From an uncultured Intrasporangiaceae bacterium (GTDB taxonomy: Bacteria > Actinomycetota > Actinomycetes > Actinomycetales > Dermatophilaceae), in contig CAZYHR010000002.1 in assembly GCA_964647395.1 (NCBI GenBank), positions 5,601 to 69,600 of the forward strand: a stretch of DNA of 64,000 nt, given 5' to 3'. The translations under genes were made by a program, and so were the position numbers. The notes beneath the pieces are model-generated. The model saw only the letters and a list, made by a program, of their open reading frames with translations. It made no database searches and was not told the origin of the DNA. This document shows positions 48,808 to 58,378 of this stretch, in pieces. How positions within the stretch are numbered: position 1 is the stretch's first letter; each line of letters begins with the position of its first letter.

Positions 48808-50231
48808 GCCAGCCAGGCAGCCCCCCGCCGGCCGGGCCGCCTGGCGGCTATCCGCCGCCCGGCTCGTCCGCACCCACCCAGCGGTTGACCGGCTTCGACC
48901 CGGGCTACCCGGCCCCGCAGGGCTGGCACCCCGATCCGGCCGGACAACCCCGCCCGGCCCCGTCGGGTCCGATGGCCCCCGGCCCGGCCGCCCCGGGTCC
49001 GGGCGGCCCCGGTCCGGGCGCCCCCGGTCCGGTCGCCGCTGGCTACTCGATGCCACCGGGCGCCGGCGGCCCCGGGCAGTGGGGTGCGCCCGCGGCATAC
49101 CAGGGGAGTCCGGCGACCGCCCCGCTGCCGCGCCCGGGGACCCCGGCTCAGCAGCCGCCGGCCCGGCCGCGGCGCTCGACCGGCCTGCTCGTGGGCGTCG
49201 CCGCGATCGGGCTGACCGCCGGCCTGCTCGGCGGGGGCGCCGCCGGAGTGCTGGCCGGGCGCACCGTGACCCCGCAGCCGCTGTCCCCGACGCCCGGCGC
49301 CCCGGTCGCGGTCAACCGGCCCGACGGCAGCATCGCCAAGATCGCCGCCCAGGCGCTGCCCTCCGTGGTGACCATCAAGATCCGCGGCAGCGCCGGCTCG
49401 GGCACCGGGTCGGGGTTCGTCGTCGACGACAGCGGCCACATCGTCACCAACAACCACGTCATCTCGACCGCGGCCAGCGGCGGCACGATCCGGGTCGAGT
49501 TGCACGACGGCACCTCGGTCGACGCGACCATCGTCGGCCGGGACGCGTCCTACGACCTGGCCGTGCTCAAGGTCGACCGGTCCGGGCTGGTCCCGCTGCA
49601 GTGGGGTCGCTCGGCCGACATCGTCGTCGGTGACGGGGTCATCGCGGTCGGTGCACCGCTGGGTCTGGAGTCGACGGTGACGACCGGCATCGTGTCGGCG
49701 CTCGGGCGCCCGGTCTCGGCCGGCGGCGGCGACGAGACCTCCTACATCAACGCGATCCAGACCGATGCGGCCATCAACCCGGGCAACTCCGGCGGGCCGC
49801 TGCTCGACCTCAACGGCCGGGTCATCGGGGTCAACTCGGCGATCGCCCGCCTGCCGGGCTCGACCAGCGGCACCGGCGGCAGCATCGGGCTCGGTTTCGC
49901 GATCCCGAGCGACCAGGCGGCCAAGACCGTCCAGCAGTTGATCAGCACCGGCAAGGCCGTGCATCCGATCGTCGGGGTGCGCCTGGACTCCAACTACGAC
50001 GGCGACGGCGGCAAGATCCTCAGCTCCGGCGGTGTTCCCAGCGGCGGCAACGCCGCGGCGGCCGGCCTGCGCGACGGCGACGTCATCGTCGCCATCGACG
50101 GCAAGCGGATCACCAGCGCAGAGCACCTCATCGTCTCGATCCGCAGTCGCGACGTGGGCGATACAGTGCGACTGACGGTGGATCGCGGTGGGCAGACCGT
50201 GGACATCACCCTGACCCTGCAGGCGGGTTGA
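48804..50231 (+). CDS. htrA: HtrA/DegP family serine protease with PDZ domain
   Basis: It has a Pro-rich N-terminus and a TM, the catalytic triad context (TNNHV; D...AVLKV; GNSGGPL) and a C-terminal PDZ (GLRDGDVIVAIDG). Confidence 0.9.
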   Translation: MSQPGSPPPAGPPGGYPPPGSSAPTQRLTGFDPGYPAPQGWHPDPAGQPRPAPSGPMAPGPAAPGPGGPGPGAPGPVAAGYSMPPGAGGPGQWGAPAAYQGSPATAPLPRPGTPAQQPPARPRRSTGLLVGVAAIGLTAGLLGGGAAGVLAGRTVTPQPLSPTPGAPVAVNRPDGSIAKIAAQALPSVVTIKIRGSAGSGTGSGFVVDDSGHIVTNNHVISTAASGGTIRVELHDGTSVDATIVGRDASYDLAVLKVDRSGLVPLQWGRSADIVVGDGVIAVGAPLGLESTVTTGIVSALGRPVSAGGGDETSYINAIQTDAAINPGNSGGPLLDLNGRVIGVNSAIARLPGSTSGTGGSIGLGFAIPSDQAAKTVQQLISTGKAVHPIVGVRLDSNYDGDGGKILSSGGVPSGGNAAAAGLRDGDVIVAIDGKRITSAEHLIVSIRSRDVGDTVRLTVDRGGQTVDITLTLQAG

Positions 50232-50244
50232 CCCGGAGGACGAC

Positions 50245-50589
50245 GTGCTGGACATCAACGGCTGGGAGCTCATCGTCCTGGTCGTCGTCGCGGTCCTCGT
50301 GCTCGGCCCGGAGCGGCTGCCGACGTATGCCGCCAAGCTCGGTCAGCTGGTCCGCCAGCTCAAGGCGATGGCCGACGGGGCCAAGGGCCAGCTCAAGGAG
50401 CAGCTCGGGCCGGACTTCGACGACCTCAACTGGCGCCAGTACGACCCCCGGCAGTACGACCCGCGTCGCATCGTCCGCGAGGCGCTCCTGGACCCGGGGC
50501 CCGAGCCGGTGCGGCCCGAACCACCCGCGGCGACCCGGGTCGAGCACGACCCGGCCCGGCCCACCCCGTGGGACCCGGACGCCACCTGA
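50245..50589 (+). CDS. tatB: Sec-independent protein translocase TatB
   Basis: It reads INGWELIVLVVVAVLVLGPERLPTYAAKLGQLVRQLK, and it keeps the conserved position after htrA. Confidence 0.85.
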   Translation: MLDINGWELIVLVVVAVLVLGPERLPTYAAKLGQLVRQLKAMADGAKGQLKEQLGPDFDDLNWRQYDPRQYDPRRIVREALLDPGPEPVRPEPPAATRVEHDPARPTPWDPDAT

Positions 50590-50631
50590 GCGCAGGTCGG
50601 GACGGATGCGGCCGGTGGTGGCCGGGACGGG

Positions 50632-51777
50632 TCAGCGCCGGACCGGCGTGACCCCCAACGACCGACCGGCCAGCCCACGCGCCCGGCTGGACAACGAGCG
50701 GGCCACCGCGCGCAGCGCGACCGCAGCGGGGGAGTCCGGGTCGCGCAGCACGACGGGGCGGCCCTCGTCGCCGCCCACGCGCAGGTTGGTGTCCAGCGGC
50801 ACCTGGCCGAGCAGCGGCACCGACGCGCCCATGATCCGGGTCAGCGAGTCGGCGACCGTCCGGCCACCCCCGGCCCCGAAGATCTCCTGCCGTGAGCCGT
50901 CCGGCAGTTCCAGCCACGACATGTTCTCGACGACCCCGACGACCCGCTGGTGGGTCTGCGCCGCGATCGACCCGGCCCGCTCGGCCACCTCGGCGGCGGC
51001 CGCCTGGGGCGTGGTGACGACGATGATCTCGGCCGTCGGCAGCAGTTGACCGATCGAGATCGCGACGTCGCCGGTGCCCGGCGGCAGGTCGAGCAGCAGC
51101 ACGTCGAGGTCGCCCCAGAAGACGTCGGACAGGAACTGGGTCAACGCCCGGTGCAGCATCGGTCCGCGCCACACGACCGGCTGGTTGCCCGGCACGAACA
51201 TGCCGACCGAGATGACCTTCACGTCGTGCGAGATCGGCGGCAGGATCATCGCGTCCTCGCCGTCGCCGATCTGGGTCGGCCGGGCCTCGACACCGAGCAT
51301 CCGGGGGATCGAGAAGCCGTGGATGTCCGCGTCGACCACCCCGACTTTGAGCCCCGCGGCGGCCATGGCCACGGCGAGGTTGGCGGTGACCGAGGACTTG
51401 CCGACGCCACCCTTGCCGGAGGCCACGGCATACACCCGGGTGGTCGAGCCGGGACGGTTGAAGACGACCTCGCGCTCCGGCGCGCCGCCGCGCAACTTGC
51501 CGCGCAGCACCGCGCGCTGCTCGTCGCTCATGACGTCGAGGCGCACCTCGACGCCGTTGACGCCCTCGACGCCCAGCAGCGCCGCCGTCGTGTCGCGGCG
51601 CAGCGTGTCCTTGAGGGGGCAGCCGGCGACGGTGAGGTAGAGCTCGAGCATGACCTGACCGGCCTCGTCGACCGTCACCGACTTGACCATGCCGAGCTCG
51701 GTCACCGGTTTGCGGATCTCCGGGTCGTTGACGGTCGAGAGCGCGCGGAGCAGGTCGTCCTGGGTGGGTGCGGGCAT
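50632..51777 (-). CDS. mrp: Mrp/ApbC Fe-S cluster carrier ATPase
   Basis: It has an N-terminal DUF59-like domain (LSTVNDPEIRKPVTELGMV), the deviant Walker A SGKGGVGKSS and the CxxC-free Mrp core (DLPPGTGD). Confidence 0.9.
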   Translation of the reverse strand: MPAPTQDDLLRALSTVNDPEIRKPVTELGMVKSVTVDEAGQVMLELYLTVAGCPLKDTLRRDTTAALLGVEGVNGVEVRLDVMSDEQRAVLRGKLRGGAPEREVVFNRPGSTTRVYAVASGKGGVGKSSVTANLAVAMAAAGLKVGVVDADIHGFSIPRMLGVEARPTQIGDGEDAMILPPISHDVKVISVGMFVPGNQPVVWRGPMLHRALTQFLSDVFWGDLDVLLLDLPPGTGDVAISIGQLLPTAEIIVVTTPQAAAAEVAERAGSIAAQTHQRVVGVVENMSWLELPDGSRQEIFGAGGGRTVADSLTRIMGASVPLLGQVPLDTNLRVGGDEGRPVVLRDPDSPAAVALRAVARSLSSRARGLAGRSLGVTPVRR

Positions 51778-51837
51778 ACCGTCGATCCTATGCGCTCGGT
51801 CTGATCCCGCTGGGTGCCGTCGCTGGAGCGCCGGCCG

Positions 51838-51945
51838 GGGCTGGGGGGTTCCGGGAACGTTCCAGGCAACCGTTTTCACCGGGGAGTGGGGGGCTGGGGG
51901 GTTCCGGGAACGTTCCAGGCAACCGTTTTCACCGGGGAGTGGGGG
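51838..51945. repeat. Tandem duplication 2 x 53 bp, each copy carrying the palindrome GGAACGTTCC
   Basis: The unit CTGGGGGGTTCCGGGAACGTTCCAGGCAACCGTTTTCACCGGGGAGTGGGGGG occurs at 51841 and 51894. It lies between the DUF1003 stop and the mrp start. Confidence 0.9.
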
Positions 51946-52542
51946 TCAGCGGTCGCGCTTGCGGGGCTTGGCCTTGGGCTGGGGCTTGGCCTTGGGGGTG
52001 ATGGCGCCGCGCCGCTCCATCTCCTCCAGCAGGTCGCGCAGCTCGGAGCGGATGAAGTCGCGGGTCGCGGCGTCGCGCAGGGCGATGCGCAGGGCCGCGA
52101 CCTCACGGGTGAGGAACTCGGTGTCGGCGAGGTTGCGCTCGTCGCGGGCCCGGTCCTGCTCCAGCGCCACCCGCTCGCGGTCGGCCTGACGGTTCTGCGC
52201 GAGCAGGATGAGCGGGGCGGCGTACGAGGCCTGCAGCGACAGGATGAGGGTGAGCAGCGTGTAGTTGAGCTCGCGCGGATCGAACTGGAGCTGGGTCGGG
52301 GCGAAGGTGTTCCAGACCAGCCAGATGATGACGAAGGCGGTCATCCCGATGAGGAACTGCACCGTGCCCATGAACCGTGCGAAGGCCTCGGACAGCACCC
52401 CGAAGCGCTCCTGGTCGAACCCCCGCCACTGCAGGAAGGACCGCCGCCCAAACTCGCGGGGCTGGTCGATGCGGCCGTCGCGGGCCGCCCGCGGTCGGCC
52501 GGCCGCGCGGCGCAGCGCGGCGCGGCGGGCGCCGTCAGCCAT
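51946..52542 (-). CDS. DUF1003 membrane protein
   Basis: It has two TM segments, the SLQASYAAPLILLAQNRQ motif and a C-terminal coiled-coil. It is the conserved partner of the MgtE-like gene. Confidence 0.75.
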   Translation of the reverse strand: MADGARRAALRRAAGRPRAARDGRIDQPREFGRRSFLQWRGFDQERFGVLSEAFARFMGTVQFLIGMTAFVIIWLVWNTFAPTQLQFDPRELNYTLLTLILSLQASYAAPLILLAQNRQADRERVALEQDRARDERNLADTEFLTREVAALRIALRDAATRDFIRSELRDLLEEMERRGAITPKAKPQPKAKPRKRDR

Positions 52543-53806
52543 GGGTGACCTCGCGGGCCTCGCGCCAGTCCTCGGGCAGGATGTGGTCGAGCACGTCGTC
52601 GACGGTCACCGCGCCGACCAGCCGGCCCACCGGGTCGACGACCGGCACCGCCATGAGGTCGTAGGCGGCCAGGGTGCGGTGCACCTGGTCGATCGACGCT
52701 TCGACCTCGACCGGCTTGACCCGCTCGATCGCGGCACCCAGCGGCGAGTGCGGCGGCTCGCGCAGCAGCCGCTGGATGTGCACCAGCCCGAGATACTTGC
52801 CGGTCGGCGTCTCCAGCGGCGGCCGGCAGACGAACACCGCCGTCGACAGCGGCGCGGACAACTCCTCGCGCCGCACCACCGCGAGCGCCTCGGCGATGGT
52901 CGCCTCGGGACCGAGGATCACCGGCTCGTTGGTCATGATGCCCCCGGCGGTGTCCTCCTCGTAGGCGAGCAGCTGGCGGACCGGCTCGGCCTCGTCCGGC
53001 TCCATCCGCCCGAGCAGCTGCTCCTGCTGCTCCGGGGGCAGCTCGGCGAGCAGGTCGGCGGCGTCGTCGGGCTCCATCGCCTCGAGCACGTCGGCGGCGC
53101 GTTCGGCGTCCAGGCCGACGAGGATCTGCACCTGCTCGTCCTCGGGCAGCTCCTCCAGCACGTCGGCCAGCCGCGAGTCGTCCAGCGCTGCGGCGACCTC
53201 GGCCCGGCGCTGCGGCTCCAGGTCGTGGATCGCCTCGGCGAGGTCGGCCGGCGCGAGATCCTCGTAGGCCGCGATGAGCAGCTCGGCGTCCTGCTGGGCA
53301 TCCCGCACGTCCAGGCCGGTCGTGTCGGCGATGTCGACCAGCAGCGTCTCGCCCCGGCGCCGGCCGAAGGCCCGGATGCCGCGACGCTGACCGTCGGTCT
53401 TGCGGCAGAACACCCGGCTCACCGTCCAGTCCTTGCGGCGCACGTCGATGGCCAGGTCCTCGACGGTCGCCTCGAAGGTCGTGTCGTCGTCGGTGACGGT
53501 GACGGTGCGCTCGAACAGCTCGGCGACGGCCAGCGTCTCGCCGATGCGCTGCTCGAACCGGCGCAGGTTGACCAGCCCGGTCGTGATGACCTGATCGGCG
53601 TCGATCGAAGTGATGCGGGTCATCGGCACGAAGACCCGCTTGCGGCCGGGCACCTCGAGCACCAGCCCGATGACCCGGGGCCGTGACCCGATCGGCCCGC
53701 GGAACGTCACGACCACATCGCGGACGCGGCCCACCGGGTCGCCCAGCGGGTCGAAGGCGTCCAGACCCACCAGTCGGGCCACGAAGACGCGGGTGGGCAA
53801 GGTCAC
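52535..53806 (-). CDS. MgtE N-terminal domain / CBS-pair protein (no transmembrane module)
   Basis: It has a PRC-barrel-like N-terminus, acidic MgtE_N helices ([16 protein letters not shown]...AADLLAELP) and a CBS pair. It overlaps the DUF1003 gene by 8 nt. Confidence 0.75.
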   Translation of the reverse strand: MTLPTRVFVARLVGLDAFDPLGDPVGRVRDVVVTFRGPIGSRPRVIGLVLEVPGRKRVFVPMTRITSIDADQVITTGLVNLRRFEQRIGETLAVAELFERTVTVTDDDTTFEATVEDLAIDVRRKDWTVSRVFCRKTDGQRRGIRAFGRRRGETLLVDIADTTGLDVRDAQQDAELLIAAYEDLAPADLAEAIHDLEPQRRAEVAAALDDSRLADVLEELPEDEQVQILVGLDAERAADVLEAMEPDDAADLLAELPPEQQEQLLGRMEPDEAEPVRQLLAYEEDTAGGIMTNEPVILGPEATIAEALAVVRREELSAPLSTAVFVCRPPLETPTGKYLGLVHIQRLLREPPHSPLGAAIERVKPVEVEASIDQVHRTLAAYDLMAVPVVDPVGRLVGAVTVDDVLDHILPEDWREAREVTHG

Positions 53807-53916
53807 AGGACAAGGCTAGCCGGGGGGACCCGAGGCCCGTGGTCGCGGCATACCGGCTGTTGCTAGCGTCCGGAGGGAAGACCGCCGACGAGCCCGCAGC
53901 CACTGGAGGCCGAACC

Positions 53917-54984
53917 ATGCGCCACCCCAAGGACTTCTATGCACCGCTGGCCCTCGGGGCGCCGCAGCCGCTGCGGCAGGTGCCGGCCCGGCCCTCGCGG
54001 TGCATCCACTTCTTCGACCCGAGCAACCCCAAGATGGCGGCCAAGGTGCCCGAACTGGTCGGCACCGTCGACGTGCTGCTCGGCAACCTCGAGGACGCCG
54101 TCAAGGCCGACAACAAGCAGGCCGCCCGGGCCGGGCTGGTGGCGATCGGCCAGGCCACCGACTTCGGCGAGTCGACGCAGTTGTGGACCCGGGTCAACGC
54201 GCTGGACTCGCCGTGGGTCCTGGATGACCTGACGACGCTGGTCACCGAGATCGGCGACAAGCTCGACGTCATCATGGTCCCCAAGGTGCAGGGCGCCGAG
54301 GACATCCACTACGTCGACCGGATCCTAGCCCAGCTCGAGGCCCGGGCCGGGCTGCAGCGCCCGATCCTCGTGCACGCGATCCTCGAGACCGCCCGCGGCA
54401 TGGTCAACGTCGAACAGATCTGCAACGCCAGCCCGCGGATGCAGGGGCTCTCGCTCGGCCCGGCCGACCTGGCCGCGGACCGACGGATGAAGACCACCCG
54501 GGTCGGCGGCGGGCACCCCGGCTACCTGGTGCGCCAGGACCCGCCGGGCGGGGTGATCGAGGCCGAGCGGGCGGCATACCAACAGGATCTGTGGCACTAC
54601 ACGATCGCGCGCATGGTCGACGCGTGCGCGGCGGCCGGCATCTTCCCCTACTACGGGCCGTTCGGCGACATCAAGGACGTCGTCGCGTGCGAGGACCAGT
54701 TCCGCAACGCCTTCCTGCTCGGCTGTGTCGGCGCATGGTCGCTGCACCCGGCCCAGATCGCCATCGCCAAGCGGGTGTTCAGCCCGTCCGCCGAGGACGT
54801 CGCGCACGCGCGGCGGGTCGTCGAGGCGATGGGCGACGGCACCGGGGCGGTCATGCTCGACGGCAAGATGGAGGACGACGCCAGCCTCAAGCAGTGCCTC
54901 GTCATGCTCGAGCTGGCCGACCGGCTGGCTGCCACCGACCCCGCCCTCGCGGCTCGGTATGCCGCCCCCGCGGCCGGCGAGTGA
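53917..54984 (+). CDS. HpcH/HpaI aldolase-citrate lyase family: L-malyl-CoA/beta-methylmalyl-CoA lyase-like
   Basis: [72 protein letters not shown] and YGPFGDIKD match the long Mcl-type lyases as I recall them. Confidence 0.6.
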   Translation: MRHPKDFYAPLALGAPQPLRQVPARPSRCIHFFDPSNPKMAAKVPELVGTVDVLLGNLEDAVKADNKQAARAGLVAIGQATDFGESTQLWTRVNALDSPWVLDDLTTLVTEIGDKLDVIMVPKVQGAEDIHYVDRILAQLEARAGLQRPILVHAILETARGMVNVEQICNASPRMQGLSLGPADLAADRRMKTTRVGGGHPGYLVRQDPPGGVIEAERAAYQQDLWHYTIARMVDACAAAGIFPYYGPFGDIKDVVACEDQFRNAFLLGCVGAWSLHPAQIAIAKRVFSPSAEDVAHARRVVEAMGDGTGAVMLDGKMEDDASLKQCLVMLELADRLAATDPALAARYAAPAAGE

Positions 54985-55024
54985 CCCTCGCCCCGGCCGC
55001 GCCCGACCCAAGGAGAACCCCCCG

Positions 55025-55897
55025 ATGAACACCTATCGGCCCCGCCGCACCGTGCTGTACCTGCCCGCCTCCAACGAGCGGGCGCTGGACAAGGCCAAGA
55101 CCCTGCCGACCGACGGGTTGATCCTCGACCTGGAGGACTCGGTGGCCCCCGACGCCAAGGACGCCGCTCGCGAACTCGCTTGTGCAGCAGCGAAGTCCGG
55201 CGCCTACGGGCGGCGCGAGGTGACGATCCGGATCAACGCCATCGACAGCGAGTGGCACTGGGACGACTTGCGCGCCGCCTGCGCCGCCGGCCCCGACGCG
55301 ATCGTCGTGCCCAAGATCACCAGCCGCAAGCAGGTGCGCTACCTGGCCCGGATGCTCGATCGGCTGCACGCCCCGGAATCGACCCAGCTGTGGGCGATGA
55401 TCGAGTCGCCGGCGGCGATCCTGGAGATCGAGAAGACCGTCGGCAGCGACCCGCGGCTCACCGTGCTGGTGCTGGGCACCAACGACCTGGTCAAGGAGCT
55501 CAACGCCGAGCACGTGCCCGGCCGCGAGCCGCTGCTCTACGCGCTGTCCAAGGTCGTCATGGCCGCCCGGGCCGAGGGATTGGCCGTGCTCGACGGCGTC
55601 TACAACGACGTCAAGGACACCGAGGGGTTCGCCGCCGAGTGCCGGCAGGGGCGGGCCATGGGCTTCGACGGCAAGACCGTCATCCACCCCGGCCAGCTCG
55701 AGCCGTGCAACAACGCCTATGCGCCCAGCGCGGAGCAGGCCGAGCAGGCCAGGGCCCTCATCGAGACCTTCGAGGGGGCGCTGGCCGAGGGCAAGGGTGT
55801 GGTCACCCATCAGGGCAAGCTCGTCGAGCAGTTGCACGTCGACATGGCCCGCAAGGTGCTCGCCACCCGGGAGGCCATCGCCGCGCTCGGCGAGTAG
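55025..55897 (+). CDS. CitE-like / HpcH family CoA-ester lyase or malyl-CoA thioesterase-like protein
   Basis: It has RRTVLYLPASNERALDKA, LILDLEDSVAP and IESP...LGTNDL. Its length is 290 aa. Confidence 0.65.
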   Translation: MNTYRPRRTVLYLPASNERALDKAKTLPTDGLILDLEDSVAPDAKDAARELACAAAKSGAYGRREVTIRINAIDSEWHWDDLRAACAAGPDAIVVPKITSRKQVRYLARMLDRLHAPESTQLWAMIESPAAILEIEKTVGSDPRLTVLVLGTNDLVKELNAEHVPGREPLLYALSKVVMAARAEGLAVLDGVYNDVKDTEGFAAECRQGRAMGFDGKTVIHPGQLEPCNNAYAPSAEQAEQARALIETFEGALAEGKGVVTHQGKLVEQLHVDMARKVLATREAIAALGE

Positions 55898-55930
55898 CGG
55901 CCCGGGCGCTGAACGCCGGCGCCGGCGGCC

Positions 55931-56854
55931 TCACTCCAGCAGGCCGAGCTCGGTGAACAGCTCGCCGAGCATGCCCTCGACCCGGATCGAGGTGCCCTCG
56001 TCGCCCTGGTGGCTGATCCGCTGCAGCCGGCCCTGGCGCCAGTAGTAGACGTGCGGGCTGATGCCGCCCTGCCCGGTGCTCTCGCCGCGGGCCAGGTTGA
56101 GCAGGCCGCTGATCGCGGCGACGATCTCCGGCCCGGTCGGCACGTGGATCGCCAGCAGCGAGCGGTTCGGCACGGCCACCAGCGCGCCGAGCGGAGGCAG
56201 TTCGATGCCGAAGTCCTGGGACAGGACCCGTTCGAGCACGAGCAGCCGGCTGGCGTTGAAATAGCCGCCGATGCTCAGCAGGACCCGGGAGCCCGGCTCG
56301 TCGCCGAGGGTCATCGTCTCGTCCGAGCGCAGCCCGGCGAGGTTGCGCAGCGCCTGCTGCCGGACCACCTCCCAGCCGCCCCAGACGTCGACCTGGTCGG
56401 CCTTGCCGGCGGTCTTGACCGTCTCGGGGAAGTCGCGCGCCGGCACGGCCAGCAGGTCATCGGCGAGCGGGATCGCCAGGTCGGGCTCGAACGGCAGGTC
56501 GCCGCGCTGCCACAACCCGAGGTAGAGGCTGCCGGCCACCTGCTCGGGCGTCTCGACCGGCTCGTGCTCGTGGGCGAGCAGGATCGCGGCGTGGTGGTCG
56601 AGCAGCCGCGGCCAGTCGCGCTCGGGCGCGGCGGCGGCCTGCGCGGAGATGTTGTGCAGCGGGTAGCGCACCCCACCGATCGCCTCGAGCACGCCCGCGT
56701 CGCAGATCGTTTCGACGCCGCGCCGGCGGAAGGCGGCCATCGCCTCGACCCGGAAGCGCTGACCCTGCTCGGCGTCCAGGGCCGGCAGGTCAGGATCGGG
56801 TATGCCGCCCGGTGTCGGCTCGCTGCCGCCGCCCCTGCGCCCGAACCACCCCAT
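55931..56854 (-). CDS. Hypothetical protein (307 aa)
   Basis: It shows a clean codon-bias ORF with an ATG start, but I recognise no motif. Confidence 0.5.
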   Translation of the reverse strand: MGWFGRRGGGSEPTPGGIPDPDLPALDAEQGQRFRVEAMAAFRRRGVETICDAGVLEAIGGVRYPLHNISAQAAAAPERDWPRLLDHHAAILLAHEHEPVETPEQVAGSLYLGLWQRGDLPFEPDLAIPLADDLLAVPARDFPETVKTAGKADQVDVWGGWEVVRQQALRNLAGLRSDETMTLGDEPGSRVLLSIGGYFNASRLLVLERVLSQDFGIELPPLGALVAVPNRSLLAIHVPTGPEIVAAISGLLNLARGESTGQGGISPHVYYWRQGRLQRISHQGDEGTSIRVEGMLGELFTELGLLE

Positions 56855-56981
56855 GAACCTCGCCTCCCAGTCGGTTCCCCCGATGGTAAGCGGGGTGGCG
56901 GCCGCCGGACGGCCCCGTTCGCGGTCCGGCTGGCCGGTGGCGGATAATGGTCCTGTCCCGTCTCCCCTGGAAGCCGTCGTC

Positions 56982-57398
56982 GTGATCCGCTACCTGCCCG
57001 TCGTCCTCGAGCTCGGCATCGTCATCTACTGCCTGGTCGACATCTCCCAGGCGGATCGGACCCGGGTGCGCAATCTCCCCAAGGGCTGGTGGATCGTCCT
57101 GGTCATCGTCGTGCCGCTGCTCGGCGGTCTCGCGTGGCTGCTGGGCGGTCGGCCGCAACGACCGCCGCAGGGCGGGACCCCGCTGCCCCGCCGGCCCGGT
57201 CCGGTGGCCCCCGAGGACGACCCGGAGTTCATCGCCCGTCTGCGCCAGTCCAACAGCGAGCACGAGCACCTGCTGCGCCAGTGGGAGGACGAGTTGCGCT
57301 CCCGCGAGCAGCGGCTGCAGCGCCCGCCGCGCGACGCGCCGCCACCGGACGGCGGCAGCGACGACCCACCGGCCGGCAGCCCGCCCACCGGCGGCTGA
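56982..57398 (+). CDS. PLDc_N-type small membrane protein with charged C-terminal tail
   Basis: It reads IRYLPVVLELGIVIYCLVDISQADRTRVRNLPKGWWIVLVIVVPLLGGLAWLLGGRP. The alternative in-frame ATG at 56883 would leave only 28 bp to the divergent gene. Confidence 0.6.
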   Translation: MIRYLPVVLELGIVIYCLVDISQADRTRVRNLPKGWWIVLVIVVPLLGGLAWLLGGRPQRPPQGGTPLPRRPGPVAPEDDPEFIARLRQSNSEHEHLLRQWEDELRSREQRLQRPPRDAPPPDGGSDDPPAGSPPTGG

Positions 57399-57407
57399 GC
57401 CGCCAGG

Positions 57408-58241
57408 TCACCAGCGCGACGTGGCAGCGGCCAGCACCTCGCCGAACAGCACCCCCGCGTCGATGTCGTAGCCGCGCCGGGTGAACCACTCGGCCATGGT
57501 CCGCGCGTCCCGCTCGAGGAACTCGAATCCGTGCGGATTGCCGATGACGTCGACGATCTGCGGCCAGTCGATGAGGACCAGCCGGTCGCCGTCGAGCAGG
57601 ACGTTGTAGGGCGACAGGTCACCGTGCGCCCAGCCGAGGCCGGCCAGGTGCAGCATCGCGTCCCGCACCTGCTCGAACAGCCCGGGCAGTGCGCGCCGCT
57701 CCGGCCGGCACTGGGCCAGCCGGGGCGCGGCCACCCCGTCGGCGCCGACGAACTCCATGAGCAGTTCGCGGTCGTCGAGCTGCACGGGATAGGGCACCGG
57801 CAGTCCCTGGGCCCACAGTGTCGCGAGGGCGCCGAACTCGGCGCCGGCCCACTGGCCGGCGATGACCTCCTTGCCGAAGGCGGTGCGGCGGGCCATGGCG
57901 CGGTTCTCCCGGGAGCGGCGCACCCGGCGCCCCTCCAGATAGCCGGCGTCCCGGTGGAACAGCCGGTGCTGCGAGGTGCGGAAGCGCTTGGCCGCCATGA
58001 TGCTGTCGCGGTCCGGCCGGCCAGGGACCCACCGGTGCACCAGGTGGACGTCGGCCTCCTTGCCGGTCTTGAGGATGCCGAGGTCGGCGTCGACGGCGCC
58101 GAACTCGGTGACGACCCAGCCGGGTCGCGGTGCCGGCCCGTGGGTGGCGCCGTCCCAGCTGGACCAGCGCTCGCCCTCGGGGGCGGCGTCAGGCAGTGAG
58201 TCGAGGGCGAATCGGTTGTCCTCGAAGGGGGTTGCGGGCAT
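57408..58241 (-). CDS. RIO-type atypical serine protein kinase
   Basis: It has the ATP-binding LKTGKEADVHLV, catalytic loop HGDLSPYNVLL and metal-binding LIDWPQ. ATG 58241 was chosen; the ORF-track 5' extension lacks coding character. Confidence 0.75.
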   Translation of the reverse strand: MPATPFEDNRFALDSLPDAAPEGERWSSWDGATHGPAPRPGWVVTEFGAVDADLGILKTGKEADVHLVHRWVPGRPDRDSIMAAKRFRTSQHRLFHRDAGYLEGRRVRRSRENRAMARRTAFGKEVIAGQWAGAEFGALATLWAQGLPVPYPVQLDDRELLMEFVGADGVAAPRLAQCRPERRALPGLFEQVRDAMLHLAGLGWAHGDLSPYNVLLDGDRLVLIDWPQIVDVIGNPHGFEFLERDARTMAEWFTRRGYDIDAGVLFGEVLAAATSRW

Positions 58242-58325
58242 GAGTGGTCTCCGGAGCGTGAGGGGTGGGGGTGCGGGAGGCACCCCGGGCAGTGGTGGAC
58301 ATCTCGCGCTCCTTCGCTCGCCGGA

Positions 58326-58378
58326 CCGGTATGCCGCGGCTGCGGCCACCTCGTCGGTCCACCGTGGCGGCATACCGG
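58326..58378. repeat. Inverted repeat CCGGTATGCCGC-N29-GCGGCATACCGG in the RIO-kinase / CHAT-gene intergenic region
   Basis: Read directly from the sequence. The spacer contains a second GCCAC...GTGGC pairing. Confidence 0.75.
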
